Assembly (NCBI GenBank): GCA_051294905.1
Contig: CM119372.1
Coordinates: 34,288,001 to 34,352,000, forward strand
Length of the DNA stretch: 64,000 nt
Direction of reading: 5' to 3'
DNA from: Botryllus schlosseri
Taxonomy: Eukaryota
Positions 39,796 through 52,901 of the stretch are shown in pieces. A program made the position numbers and the translations under genes. The notes under the pieces were generated by a model. The model was not told the origin of the DNA. It worked only from the letters and a program-made list of their open reading frames with translations, and made no database searches. Positions within the stretch are counted from its first letter, which is position 1. Each line of letters begins with the position of its first letter.

Positions 39796-41686
39796 CAGTG
39801 GCGGCTCGTCCTATAGGGCAACTGGGGCATTGCCCCACCTAAAATTCTGTTCAATAACAATTCTTTACCATTTATAGACGCACACCTATCTATATAAACC
39901 GAAATCACAGCGAAAATCGTATACTTCTTGTCCTTTCGCTTGTAAATGCCCATATATAGCGAAGTCTATGCGAAAATCAAATTCTCTTCTGTGTTTTCGC
40001 TTTGCGAATGCCTAGCCGGGGCTTGCCCCGGTAGCGCTCATAACAAGCTTTCACTGTCTATTCTCTCAAAACCGCGCATAATAAAGAAACGGTGATTTAC
40101 TCTCTCCTATTCATAAAATTACCGAGCAACCGGGGCACGATAGCTCTGTGCCCTTAAGGTGTGATGTAACAATCGTATCTATAGCTGAACTCTGTTACCG
40201 TCATATGCGTTTAGTCGACCTTTGTTGGTATAGGTCGATTTTAATGGGGTTTCACACCATGAAAACTCTTGAAACTTGTTATGTCATGTCGTGATGGTGG
40301 GATTTAACACTGCCCCAAGTTTCAGGGTTTCTGCTTAAAGTTTAGGGTAGTAATTCCGTTTCCGAAGTTGAGTGTGTGCTGATCCGTCATGTATCGCAAA
40401 CAGATTTTACTCAAAAGCCGGTATTGGTATCCATTGGTTTTGACGGTGTTCAATACTGAGATCGGTTATGACATTTGGCACGGTAAGTCTTAATGTTAGT
40501 ATCGAACGCTGTACCAAGTTTTAAGTTTGTCACTGAACTGTGTTAGTGGTAATTTCGTTTCCTAATTCGAGTGAGAGCTGACTCGTCATTTATCGCTAAC
40601 AGATTATACGCAAAGCCGGTATTGGTCTCTATTGATTTTAACGATGCTCCTTACCTAGATCCGTCATAAGCTTTTGCACGGTATGTCTTGATTTTAGTAT
40701 CGAACGCTGTGCCAAGTCTCAAGGTTGACACTCAATGATTAGGGCAGTAATTTCGTTATCAAGGTCGAGTATGGTAAAGATGTGCTCCGATCTGACACTT
40801 TAGCCTACAACACATTGCGGATTTCACGCAAAAGCCGGTGTATCTGCGGTAACGTTAAGTGAGATGATGATATCATTCTCAGTTTGCATTCAAATATTTA
40901 CTTTGATCGTATATTCTCCAATGTCAATTTCCCCGTGAAATTGTGGCCTTCAAGCCATTTGCGTACAACCCCTCGTCACTTGATCAGCCTATTCCTCAGT
41001 AAATTTTACGCAAAATTCGGTGTTGGTCTGTTCGCATTAATTTTGACAGTGTACCATACCGAAAAGGGCCATGAGGCCACTTCTCGATAATGTCATGTAA
41101 CAGTGTACCAAGTTTAAGGCTTTCATCCACGTATTTATTCGGTAATATATTTTTCAAAGGCGATTTCGCACCAGACCTATAAGACAGTAATAAAAACGTA
41201 TGTGTCGTGTTACAGTCTCCAGTTTCAAGGCCAAAATCTCTTATGCTGTACCGAGACCAAATTTCCGAGGCTGCTATTCTTAGTCCTTTACAATGATGTT
41301 TTGGATTCAATAGGACAGGCCCAATCTATGAGATAACAATTGCGTATCTGTCCGAATTCGTTGACCTTTCCAATTAGGCTTACGCTATCTCTCGAGTTAT
41401 AGTCATTTCCATTTCTGCAGATAATTAGTCAGGTCTAATGCGAACATGAACCGTGTTGAATCTTTGTTCCGTACGCCGTTTACGCAGTTACCACACTTCA
41501 AGTCACAGCTCACCAGCGGACCTCTCGTGGCACATACGTTAAAATCACTGTTGCCGGGAAATTCATGTTACCGTACCATCATTAAGTTACTTGTTTACGT
41601 TGGAAAACGCCATTGTGACGTCATCTTGATAAAAAGTCGCTTGCACCCCTTGCCCCACCACCCGATATTGTCACGAGCCGCCACTG
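39796..41686 (+). mobile_element. Non-autonomous hAT (CAGTGGCGGCTCGT TIR), copy 1, inside the Harbinger
   Basis: Perfect TSD ATAATTGC; internal ~180-bp degenerate tandem units. Confidence 0.9.
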
Positions 41687-44177
41687 ATAATTGCATACAG
41701 ACTATGTAATAAACGAGTTCTGCCGTTGTCTTGCATTGGAAACAATCAACCAAGCCGTGAAATGCCACATCACCAAACATGGCAAAAACAGAACAGCAAT
41801 TGAAGGTTGCTTCAAAACAAGAGAAAGTCTCAAAACTGAAAATGACAGAAGGCCTTCAGAACATTCAATGGTTTATGACCCGGTGACGGTGCTATTTATT
41901 GCAAGGTAAGTTTGTGGACATTAATTATATCCATAATATGGCGCATATCAGTAAATTAATGGTTAAAGCTGCCATGCCAGCACAGGTTCAGCCATTTGAA
42001 CATCATTTTGAAAGTGATTCCACCATATTGTCTGTAGTTGCTGCAGAAAATCAATCATGTAAGTTATTTTGCGAGAGAGTAATGAGAACTTGTTCGATAC
42101 ATTGACCACATCGAGAAATGTTCCCCATGATGAAGATCGGTTCGTGTCAGAGGCAACTCTTCTCGTTATTTTCATCACTACTTTTTGCTAATATATCAAT
42201 TGTACAAGTGTAGATGTATATTATATCGATTTCTTACTTATTGAAGGGAACGCATTCACAACATCAAACGTTCTTGTCATACATTCAGCGATTTTTAATG
42301 AGATTTTTTGCTCGTCGTCAAATGATCGGTTTCAGTATTTTTCACCATCACTAGCAAATATGCATGTGCAATTGTGTATTGTACATGTGTAAACATACGT
42401 AGGCCTATAGCCTCAAATCCTGAAACATTCACATTTTTTCAGAAACAAGCTACATGGAATCGCAGTCAACATGCGTGACAAAGACGAGTGATATGCCACC
42501 TGGTATGTAGCTTCTACTCATTTGGATTTCAAGTCGAGTTGATATTTTAAAATATACAATCTTGCAGTTTCGGAGGGTTTGGCAAACTTTTACTCCACTG
42601 CCCCAACCATTGTTATGTAAAAATTTCCCACTTTATACTTAGTTTTCTAGTGAAGTGTATCTGCGAACGATAGAGTTGGAAATGGTGTTTGACTGCTCGA
42701 AAGATTGCTGATTACCAGTGCAATGCACATAGTTACAATCCTGTAACAATTGATATAAGATGGTGTACAATGGAGCCTGACCGATTATATCGCTTTGCCG
42801 ATAATATAGACTCGATATCACTCTTTGAAAGAATTATTGGTATCGGCCATTGGAAATGAATATATATGGGCAGTTTTCGTGAGGTCACAGCATGGTGATA
42901 GTAAGTCCATAAACTATAATCTTTTACCACTAGACTGAGAATATTGATATATTTCACATATATTACACTCTACAAGTGTCCTGATACAGCCTTTCTAGTT
43001 TATTTCCTGCCCAAGTATAGCATTGGCTGTAAAGCTGTTCAAATAGATGCCCTGAAGTTTTTCAAATGCGCATTTTAAGGTATTCCATTCCATTTGAATA
43101 TAGGCTATAGTGGTTATCGGTGACGAAGTTAGATATTGGTTTTATCAGTATCGGCCCAAAACTCCAATATCAGTCGGGCTCTAGTATACAAATACAATAC
43201 AATGAAAACTACCAATTCTGCAATTTGTGATCAGCTGGTTGCAGAATACAAGTTTTTAATGACTAGAGACTGACCGATTATTGGTTCACCGCTCATATCG
43301 AATGGATACCACACTTGGAAACAGATATTGATATCAGGCAGTAGAGGAAAAAATATCAGCCAACAAGGCAAAGAGAATTTCCAAATGCTTTCTTTGTGAT
43401 TGGCTTCCTAATACAAGTTTTAGTTTAATCATAGGTTACTACCTCATCGCAGAGTCAATATGAGCTTCTTTTAATTCAGAAAAACAATGAGCTGAGAATT
43501 AAACTGATGGTGTCCAAGATTGAGGACCTCAAAGAAAGAAAAGACATGAGAGACGAAGAATGATATTTCAGAAAGCAAGAATTCGAAATGCGTATTGAAG
43601 AACATGCGATAAAAATGGAAAAATATAGATTATAACTTGGACAATTGAGGAATTAGTGACATATGTAATGCAATATTTCTTTGTTCAATTATGTCAAGTT
43701 ATCTAAATAGCCGAATACGCATTTTCTGAAAAGCAACATTTCTTTATAATATTTCATTGTGCCTGCCTGTCAAGTGTTCCTCGCCTTATAGGCAACTTGG
43801 ATTTTCTGTGCGCAGAGACCATGTCAGCACTGCGCATTTGCGCACGTGAGTAGCTTAGAGGGAACATTGCTTATAGGTATTATCGACGGTGCACATTTTT
43901 TGAAATGCAACATTTCTTTATAATATTTCATTGTGCCTGCCTGCCAAGTGTTCCTCGCCTTATAGGTATTGTCGACGGTGCAAATATTTCGGTACATTTT
44001 TCAATTCATATTTATCAAGTTGAATACAAATAATGGGACACCTGCTCGTTGTTTATTGTCTACAGTGCAATTGTAGTTAAATCTTTCATTCCACGAAGTC
44101 ATACACATTTCATTCTCTTTATTATTTTTACACCAGCACGGTTTACTGTGTTCGTTAAAATTTTAAAATAAACATAA

Positions 44178-45211
44178 TTAGTAGAAATATGTGTTGATCT
44201 TATTTTCAAGATAGGCTATTGCGTCATTGTATCCAACTTCAGATGTTATATCCGTAGCTTCCTCGGGAGTAACTGCAATATCAGGAACTGGCTCATTGGT
44301 TTTTGTAGCAAAATTGTGCAAACATATTGTTGCAATGATTGCCAGGATGGTGTTTTCGATTTGCATTCACATAGGATTTAGCAACATCTGGAAACGCTGT
44401 TTGAGAACGCCAAAGCATTGCTCGATCAGCACGCGTGTCTTTGAGTGCATATAGCTGTATTTTTTTTCTTGTGCAGCCTGTGGATTTGTTAATGGAGTCA
44501 TCAGGTACATTTTTAGAGCATAGAGCCTCTGTCTCCCAGCAAAATCCCATTGTATTTTTTCTGGCCGAGCTTGTATTTTAATCTGGAATTTGAAAAAGTT
44601 CTTGAGTCATGAGTACTCCCTGGCCATCTCACAACAGCATTAGTCACTACCGGTATTCTCTTGGCATTGCAGTCCATTTGACAGTTCGAAGAAAAATATC
44701 CTTTCCTGCAACGATAAGCTTTTCTGGTACAGAGTCACCTGGGGACTTTATCGGAATATGGGTAATATCAATGCAACCGATGACATTTGGAACTCCACCT
44801 ATGTCAAAGATATCACTCTTTGTTTGTAACAAATCATCCAATCGTTGGATAAATTTTCTCTATTCTCTGATAATGCCCGAGAAATGCAGTGGATGATTCG
44901 GCGTGCAGTTGTCCGTCTGCCACCAATCAAGTCAGCATCTGTTTGTTGAAAATTACCGTACCAAAAAATCGGAGAGCACAGAGTAATTGCATCATGGGGT
45001 GCAAAGCTTGGCACCGTACATCCAACCATGGGCTGTCTTTAATCATGTCCAATAGAATTACCGTAGCTCCCTTGTAATTTCTGTAGCGGTCAACGAATTC
45101 ATTTTCTGGGTATTTTACAAATGAGTCCGATATGTTTGCCAAGTAATGCCTGGGCATGACAATTGTATTCTAGTCGTCCGAACTGCCATCTACGATATCC
45201 AAAATATCCAT
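44178..45211 (-). pseudogene. Harbinger/HARBI1-like DDE transposase pseudogene
   Basis: Fragments LLCALRFFGT, VIGCIDITHIPIKSP, LMTPLTNP, HSKTRVLIEQCFGVLKQRF and ATICLHNFA, broken by frameshifts and stops. Confidence 0.9.
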
Positions 45212-48200
45212 ACTACAGACAGTAATAACAACAGTACCAGTTTGCAATGCCGTCTTTAGAACTTATAACTGTGAATAAACTACAGAGTAATATGCATTAA
45301 AGCTGCAAAGTGGCTTCAAATCAATTTCATAAGTATACCTAGGAAACGATGGCATTCATAGCACATGACCAAAATCGACGACATTTCCAATCAGCATTGC
45401 CAAAGCATAATATTTACTACGAAGTCGATGGGTTGACATGGCAACCTTCCACGGATCACTACATTTTGCGTCATTTTGACGCAATAGCGTCCTACATCCT
45501 GGATTTGTAGATCTACTAACTTCGCACGAACATCCAATGTTTTGGCGTGCGGATCATCTACTTCTAAATCGGGAGATCTTGGAACTCGCAGATTAAGCGA
45601 AAATCCAAGATGTTTTTACTCAGCTTTTTGGCCTCCACCCTAGAGTGTAACCTCGTAATGTTTTACATTTAGCACGTACAACGGCGAGTCACCGAAAGGA
45701 TTAAGTATTGTTCACCCGCTTCTACTGGTACTCGATACCAGAAGTGATATTTTCACACTCTGTAAGGTACGGATGTTTCAATTCGCTGTCACAAATTCCG
45801 ACAATAAATCGTATCAATTGCTGGATTCAATAGTAACGATATGACATTGTGATATACTAACTTCATACTTAGTCGTTTCAATTACTCGTTGCGAATGGCG
45901 ATATTAAAGTATTTTGTATCGGGTGTTCAATGTATGAATAATGGAATTATTACATCTTTAGCACCGGTTATAGCAAACGTTAGATTTTAATAATTGTACT
46001 GGTTGTTGAATGTAATAACACCGATATTGTTGTTTCATCTTTAGTCCTAATTATTGTAAGCGACTGCATTTGTAAAGTATTTTCTGCTGTCTGCAATACA
46101 ACGATTGTTTTGTACCAACCCAGAATAATTTCCCAATCAAAAACATTTCAAGCATGCAAGTCTCGTTTTACAAAGTGATGTGTTTATAAAAATATCTCTG
46201 AAAAGTTTTTTGATATCGCAATAACCAACACCGGGTCTAATTACCGTGAATAATTTAATAATCAGGTCATGATCGAACATTACAGAATCTCGTATGTCAA
46301 ACCAATGTGTTAATAAGGATGTTTACAACATGATATCTTTCAATGTAACACCAGCGTTCGATCGTAAGAAATGAATTCTTGACTACGTTGGTCAGACATT
46401 CAAAGCTTGTATACTAGAAGCGTATGTTAATCTCAAGTCGCGCACCAAGTAGTAATTACTCCATCTTACAGATGAATAAAAAAGACGGGATATGGATACA
46501 ACTGAGCTTGGTATGTTTGTGGGTTGTAGTGATTTCTCGCGTAGTCTTGTCTACTTTTCGTACGGACACTTTTTGCTTTGGTTGGGTGAGCTACAAACGG
46601 ATTGACTTGACAAGGTTTTTGTATTTTACTCTTTTGCGTATGGTAAGATGTTAAAATGTTGAGATGTCATAGTGATAGTATTCTTGAAACTCTATTTTGA
46701 AAATGGAAACAGTCGAGTTGTAATGTTTCATTACTTGTTTCAAATCAATGTGCGTATAATTTCGAAATGTGACTGGGTGAAAGTTGGTAGTTATGTTTGT
46801 CAATCTATTTCAATTCGGACTATGTCAAAGTCAAAATATTTAATTTTGGGGGGTCTCAATTTACCTTTAGCACATCCCGCGAATGGATTCCGACACCGTA
46901 CTATAACATTTTTGATAATAAGGACTCATGGATTTTCAATCAACAATACCTGAATTTTTTTGTAATGCTAGAGTTCGCAAATGATAAGCTGCGTGTTTTT
47001 GTTAAGCATTTGATTTTTCAGTAATAAATAGAATTATTGTATGGACATACTTGTGATTCTTGATTCTCATTGAGGTAGTTGGTATTGATTTTATAGGTGT
47101 GAAAACAGCGGCACGGAATGTGTGAATAATCCGATGTGGCTGAATGTTGGCGTCAGATATATTCAGGTTATGTTCGATTCAACAGATCGCGTTAAAAGGA
47201 TTTCTCAAAGGATTCGAGTTGTACCGAATTAAAACATTCAGATACGAATCAACTTGAGTTGTGTAGTAAGTTTCATTTCAAGCTGACAAATTGACACATT
47301 GCTTGAATATTCTCATGAGTCTTATCATGCAACTAAAGTCAACCACTGTTCCGAAGTGTCAAACATATAGCGACCACCAGAAAGTGTCAAATTGTTGTTC
47401 TTCGAATCACCGTCTGCGACGGTTCTGTGACAAACTAATTCACGAAATATTACCTTGTGAGTGATCGGTATGTCTGTAACACCAAATCATGAGGGATCGC
47501 TATGTCTGAAGCATTACCCTGTGAGCGGTCGTAGGATTTTAAAATTATTTCACATATTTTTGAATAAGAGTTAACTTCGCAAAGGATTAGGGTTAGAGCA
47601 GAAATAAGTGAGAATTTGTCGGTATTCGAATCACCGTCTGCGACGGTTCTGTTCATCGTTATTAAATCTTACCAGCGAAATCAAGTTCTGCGACAAACTG
47701 ATTACTAAAATTTCGCCGCGTGAGCGATCGACAAGCCTGTAACACCAAGTCACGAAAGATGGCTATGTCCGAGACATTATCATGTCAGCGATCGCGGGGT
47801 TTGTAATATATTTCACACCTTTTTGAAGTGTTAGTATGTGAACGCGGCTATTGTTGGTATTCGAATCGCCGTCTACGCCGGCTCGGTGGTAGATCGCGAC
47901 TTAATGCTGCGACTGTGAACAGCAGACTATTTTGTAGGTCCGAAACAGTGGTATGGAAAGTGCGAATAATCCGAACTGAAATTCGGCGTACTAGTCAGGT
48001 TGCGTAGGAATCAACACACAGTATGAAGAGACTTGAGTTAGAATAGAGAATGCGGTCGGTCATTTGTCACGACTGAGCCACGACGTCTTCATGTAGAACC
48101 GTGTGAGCGATCCCTATACCTGTAACGTTATCATGTCACCACGTCTATATCAGCTGCGTTACCGTGTCGCCGCAGCCATAAGAATAACGATATATTGAAG

Positions 48201-49192
48201 TCGCAATCACCGTAAACGTTGGGATTAACTCGAATCGGTCATATATAATAATTTGGGATAGAAACATTAACTAAGGACCAATCACGTGATCAATATACCT
48301 GATACATATTCAACACCCCTCGAGAGATGCCTATACCCGAAAGTACGATTCACGACCACACCCATAAGAACTCACGGTGAATCACCAGAGATCCCGTCAG
48401 AATACATGACAGACAGGTTACGAGCGCGCCCATTGGAAGCAATGACACCGGTTGAACGATACGACAGTCTGAAAGTACGCGGCACCGGTTGAGCGATCCC
48501 TATACCGAAAAGGGTTACCGTGCGAGAGATGCCTATACCTGAAAGTACGACTCACCAACACGAGTTTCGAGGCACCGGTTGAGCGATCCCTATACCGAAA
48601 AGGGTTACCGTGCGAGAGATGCCTATACCAACCCCCAGGCACCGGCTATGCGAAAGGGGGGGGGTCAAAAGGGTCACCGGTTCAACACGAGTTTTCAATA
48701 CGTGTCACCACCGCACCCATAAGAGCCCATGCAAAAAAAGTACTACTATACTACTGGTGATATACTCAATACTTTGCCGCAATCATAACCCATTCTTGCT
48801 GAACGCAAGAGACGGGATAATAATAAGATCAGACATGGGCAAAGTGTGGCCCGCGGCGCTATCCTGAACGGGCCGCAAAAAGTTGCTTCGATTTCAAAAC
48901 ATAAAACCTACTTTTGAATGTTAATGTGTGGATTAAAACCACATGCTGTAAAAACTGAACTATTTACTTTGAAGCCTGTTCAATAATATGCCTCGATTAC
49001 GCAACCTACGTACCTCGCATGCGTAATCCAGATTCAAAATAGAGCCAATGTAGCAAAGAATGCCGTAACAATTGAAGTCATAAGAAGTCACTCTTTCCAT
49101 ATCGTTTAGTGGTAACGATTTAAAGAGTGGTCTCTTTTGTTTCGGCGAAGTGGGCCAAGGAAAGGAACAGACTTGGTGAAACGACAGTCAAA

Positions 49193-52112
49193 CAGTGGCG
49201 GCTCGTGACAATATCGGGTGGTGGGGCAAGGGCTGCAATCGACATCAAGATGACGTCACAATGGCGTTTTCCAACGTAAACAAGTAACTTGGTGGTACGG
49301 TAACACGAAAACGAACGACAACAGTGATTTTAACGTATGTGCCGCGAGAGGTCTGCTGGTGAGCTGTGACTTGAAGTGTGGTAACTGCGTAAACGGCGTG
49401 CGGAACAAAGATTCGACACGGTTCATGTTCGCACTACACCTGACTAATTATCTGCAGAAATGGAAATGACTATAATTCGAGAGATTGCGTAAGCCTAACT
49501 GGAAAGGTCAACGAGTTCGGACACATAAGCAATTGTTATCTCATAGATTGGACATGTCATATCGAATCCAAAACATCATTCTGAAGAACTACGGATAGCA
49601 GCCTCGGAAATTCGGCCCCGGTACAGCATAGGAGATTTTGGCCGTGAGGCTGGAGACTGTCACACGACAAATACGGCTTACGGTCTATAGTGTCTATCTA
49701 TATGTCTGCTGCAAAATCGCCTTTGGAAAGTATATTACCGAATAAATACATGATTGAAAGCCGAAAACTTGGTATCACACTGTTACATGAAATCATCGAG
49801 AAGTAGCCTCATGACCGTTTTCGCTATGGTACAGTGTCAAAATTAATACGAACAGACCAACACCGAATTTTGCGTAAAATTTACTGGGAAATAGGCCAGA
49901 CTTGGACAACTAGATAATTCTAGTTGTCTAATTTCACTAAATTAGAGCGAAATGCCAGTAATCTAATTCTAATCTAATTTGTGAAATGCTTCCATGCTCT
50001 AATTCTAATTCTAATCTAATTTGTGAAATGTTCGTATGCTCTAATTCTAATTCTAATCTAATTTGTGAAATGTCCGTATTCTCTAATTCTAGTTCTAATC
50101 TAATTATTGTTTTCCTGAAAATGCCTCTTTGTCCGAGGCATATTGCACTATTGCAGTGAGTTAAAAAGAATATCCCGCTTGCGCAGTGAAATCCAGTGCC
50201 AAGCCGCCATCGCATTACTTGCACCGTGCAGTCATAGTAGATACTATGACGAATATAGCCTGCTAGAGTAGCTTGTAGTCTGCGAACAGCATTCTAGTTT
50301 CTAAAACTTTACGTTAGTACATTGCCATTTTGACTAACATGGGCGATGCCCATGGTTACCATAAAAGAAATAATATTTTATTAAAGTATCGTAAAAATCG
50401 AGGCAAGCTTGGTGTACAGAAGTTAACCATTCTCATGTTTATGGGAATGCACTATTGTTGTTGTTTATTAAACAAAAATATGTGGCGCCTATCGCCTCAC
50501 GACCTTGTGCACCGCGCACTGTGATTTGATGTGAACTGCATTTTGCTGTATTCATTTCCCATATACAATTTCATTCCATTTCCAAGTTTTTGCGAACTAA
50601 GTATAGCTCTAATTCTAATTCTAATCTAATCTGCAAAAGGCTTAGTAGCTCTAATCCTAATTCTAATCTAATTTGAAAAAGCTGTGTAGCTCTAATTCTA
50701 ATTCTAATCTAATTTGGAAAAACTGTGCAGCTCTAATTCTAATTCTAATCTAGTTTGAAAAAAACTGTGGAGCTCTAATTCTAATTCTAATCTAATTCAG
50801 AAAAGCTGAAAATTTTCTAGTTGTCCAAGTCTGAAATAGGCTGATGAAGCGATCAGCTGTTAGCCGCCATCGAAAACGAAACAGCTATCGCGCTTGACAG
50901 GGGTTGTAATTGTAAGCAAATGGCCCGAAGGCCACAATTGCACGGTGAAATTGACATTGAAAAATATAAAATAAAACTAAATATTTGAATGCAAACCGAG
51001 GATGTTAGTAAACCGTTTCATGATATCATCATCTCATCAACTATCTCAGTATGGAACACAGTTAAGCGTTGACACAGATACACCGGCTTTTGCGTGAAAT
51101 CCGCAATGCGTTAGGTAGGCTAAGTGTCAGATCAGCACACATCTCTAGCATACTCGACCTTGATAACGAAATTGCTGCCCGAATCATTGAGTACCAACCT
51201 TGAGACTTGGCACAGCGTTCGATACTAAAATCAAGACATACCATATGCAAAAGCTCATGACGGATCTAGCTAAGGAGCATCGTTAAAATCAATGGAGACC
51301 AATACCGGCTTTGCGTAAAATATGTTTGCGATAAATGACGAGTCAGCTCTCACTCGACTTAGGAAACGAAATTACCACTAACAAAGTTCAGTGACAAACT
51401 TGAAACTTGGTACAGCGTTCGATACTAACATTAAGACTCACCGTACCAAATGCCATGGCCGATCTCGGTATGGAACATCGTCAAAATCAATGGACACCAA
51501 TACCGGCTTTTGAGTAAAATCTGTTTGCGATACATGACGCATCAGCACACACTCAACTTCGGAAACGGAATTACTACCCTAAACTTTGAGTAGAAACCCT
51601 GAAACTTAGGACAGTGTTAAATACCACCATCACGACATGATATACCAAGTTTCAAGAATTATCATGGAGTGAAACACCATCAAAATCGACCTATACCAGC
51701 AAAGATCGACTCAACGCATATGACGGTAACCAAGTTCAGATATAGATACGATTGTTACATCACACCTTAAGGGCGACTAGGCTATGTTGCCCCGGTTGCT
51801 CGGCAATTTTATGAATAGGAGAGAGTAAATCACCGTTTCTTTATTGTGCGCGGCTTTGAGAGAATAGACAGTGAAAGCTTGTTATGAGCGCTACCGGGGC
51901 ATGCCCCGGCTAGGCATTCGCAAAGCGAAAACACGAAGAGAATTCGATTTTCGCAGAGACTTCGCTATATATGGGCATTTACAAGCGAAAGGACAAGAAG
52001 AATACGATTTTCGCTGTGATTTCGGTGCGTCTATAAATGGTAAAGAATTGCTATTAAACAGAATTTTAGGTGGGGCAATGCCCCAGTTGCCCTATAGGAC
52101 GAGCCGCCACTG
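49193..52112 (-). mobile_element. Non-autonomous hAT (CAGTGGCGGCTCGT TIR), copy 2, inverted relative to copy 1
   Basis: Perfect TSD CAGTCAAA; sequence is a diverged reverse complement of 39796-41686. Confidence 0.9.
49897..50833. mobile_element. hAT MITE with CTCTAATTCTAATTCTAATCTAATT subterminal arrays
   Basis: TIR CAGACTTGGACAACTAGA/TCTAGTTGTCCAAGTCTG; perfect TSD AAATAGGC. Confidence 0.9.
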
Positions 52113-52901
52113 CAGTCAAATCCCAGTTACAAGTAAAGGCAAACTTGAACCTGAGCTGTCGTGACTGTCGTGAGATCCATGAACCACCTTTCAATAGCAA
52201 GGACTCGCTGGAGCAGATTGTTTCTGGTAAAAACTATGGAATGTGATATGCCACAGCTCGTATAAATACAAAGTATGTACAAAAATGCTTTTTTAATGCT
52301 AATCTAATTTTTCGACTGTCCTTAATTTTGGGTCAATGTCGATGGCAATCCCGGTTATAATCAATGCATGGTACCATGCTTTCTGATAAGACCTACCATG
52401 CTCGTACTTGCATTACCCCATACCGCGTTATATACAGAGGTGGCCAGTAACGAAGTACTCCTCCTTTTTTGAAGTACTCAAGTAGTTTCCCTCTACTTCT
52501 AGTACTTACTCAAGTAGAACTAATTTTTGCTACTTCTACTTCATAATATTTCGTGATCTACTTACTTACTTTTCGCTATTCCCAGTTTGTCAAGTAGAAG
52601 TAGTTTAATCCTCCAGTCAGGTAGATAGCCTGAGGAATTTCAGGGCTGTTTTCACGGAGTATAAACATTTAATTTTCATAAAGTTTAGTGAAGCCCAGAA
52701 TTTTCGTCGCGCTTCGCGCGCATTGGTTATGGAGTGACCAATATGATTTCACGAAAGTATCGGTGAATATAATTGCGTGGTTCCATTAACACCACAGTGT
52801 CGCCCATATGAAATATTTCATCATAGTATACATGGACCATCATAACGTTTGAAACTGATGTTTTGCAATCCAGCATTTACTTATCATATCGTAGTCTAGT
52901 C

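Larger units (their letters stand above)
39441..45640. mobile_element. PIF/Harbinger DNA transposon (decayed)
   Basis: Perfect 16-bp TIR GGGTGGAGGCCAAAAA/TTTTTGGCCTCCACCC, with TA on both outer sides. Contains a Harbinger transposase pseudogene. Confidence 0.85.
34974..48755. mobile_element. Second Polinton/Maverick-like non-autonomous element with ~1.3-kb TIRs
   Basis: Right end ...CTACTATACTACT (AGTAGTATAGTAG on the minus strand); left end AGTGGTATAGTAG. TIRs 34974-38782 (interrupted) and 47426-48755. Candidate 6-bp TSD GGCGAG/GGTGAT (4/6). Confidence 0.6.
34429..52353 (+). mobile_element. hAT element of the 23835-25183 family (opposite orientation), expanded to ~18 kb by nested insertions
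   Basis: 34429-34790 is the reverse complement of the right end of the 23835 element; ~52275-52353 is the reverse complement of its left end. TSD CTTATAAT/GTTATAAT. Confidence 0.75.

Noticed and set aside
45695..45725. TATTGTTCACCC resembling a 28S rRNA motif
   Set aside because: The match is too short and the flanks do not continue it.
49937..50800. CRISPR-like regularly spaced repeats / RLELELE ORF
   Set aside because: Spacers are only ~10-15 bp and similar to each other; the repeats are MITE subterminal arrays in a eukaryotic context with no cas genes.
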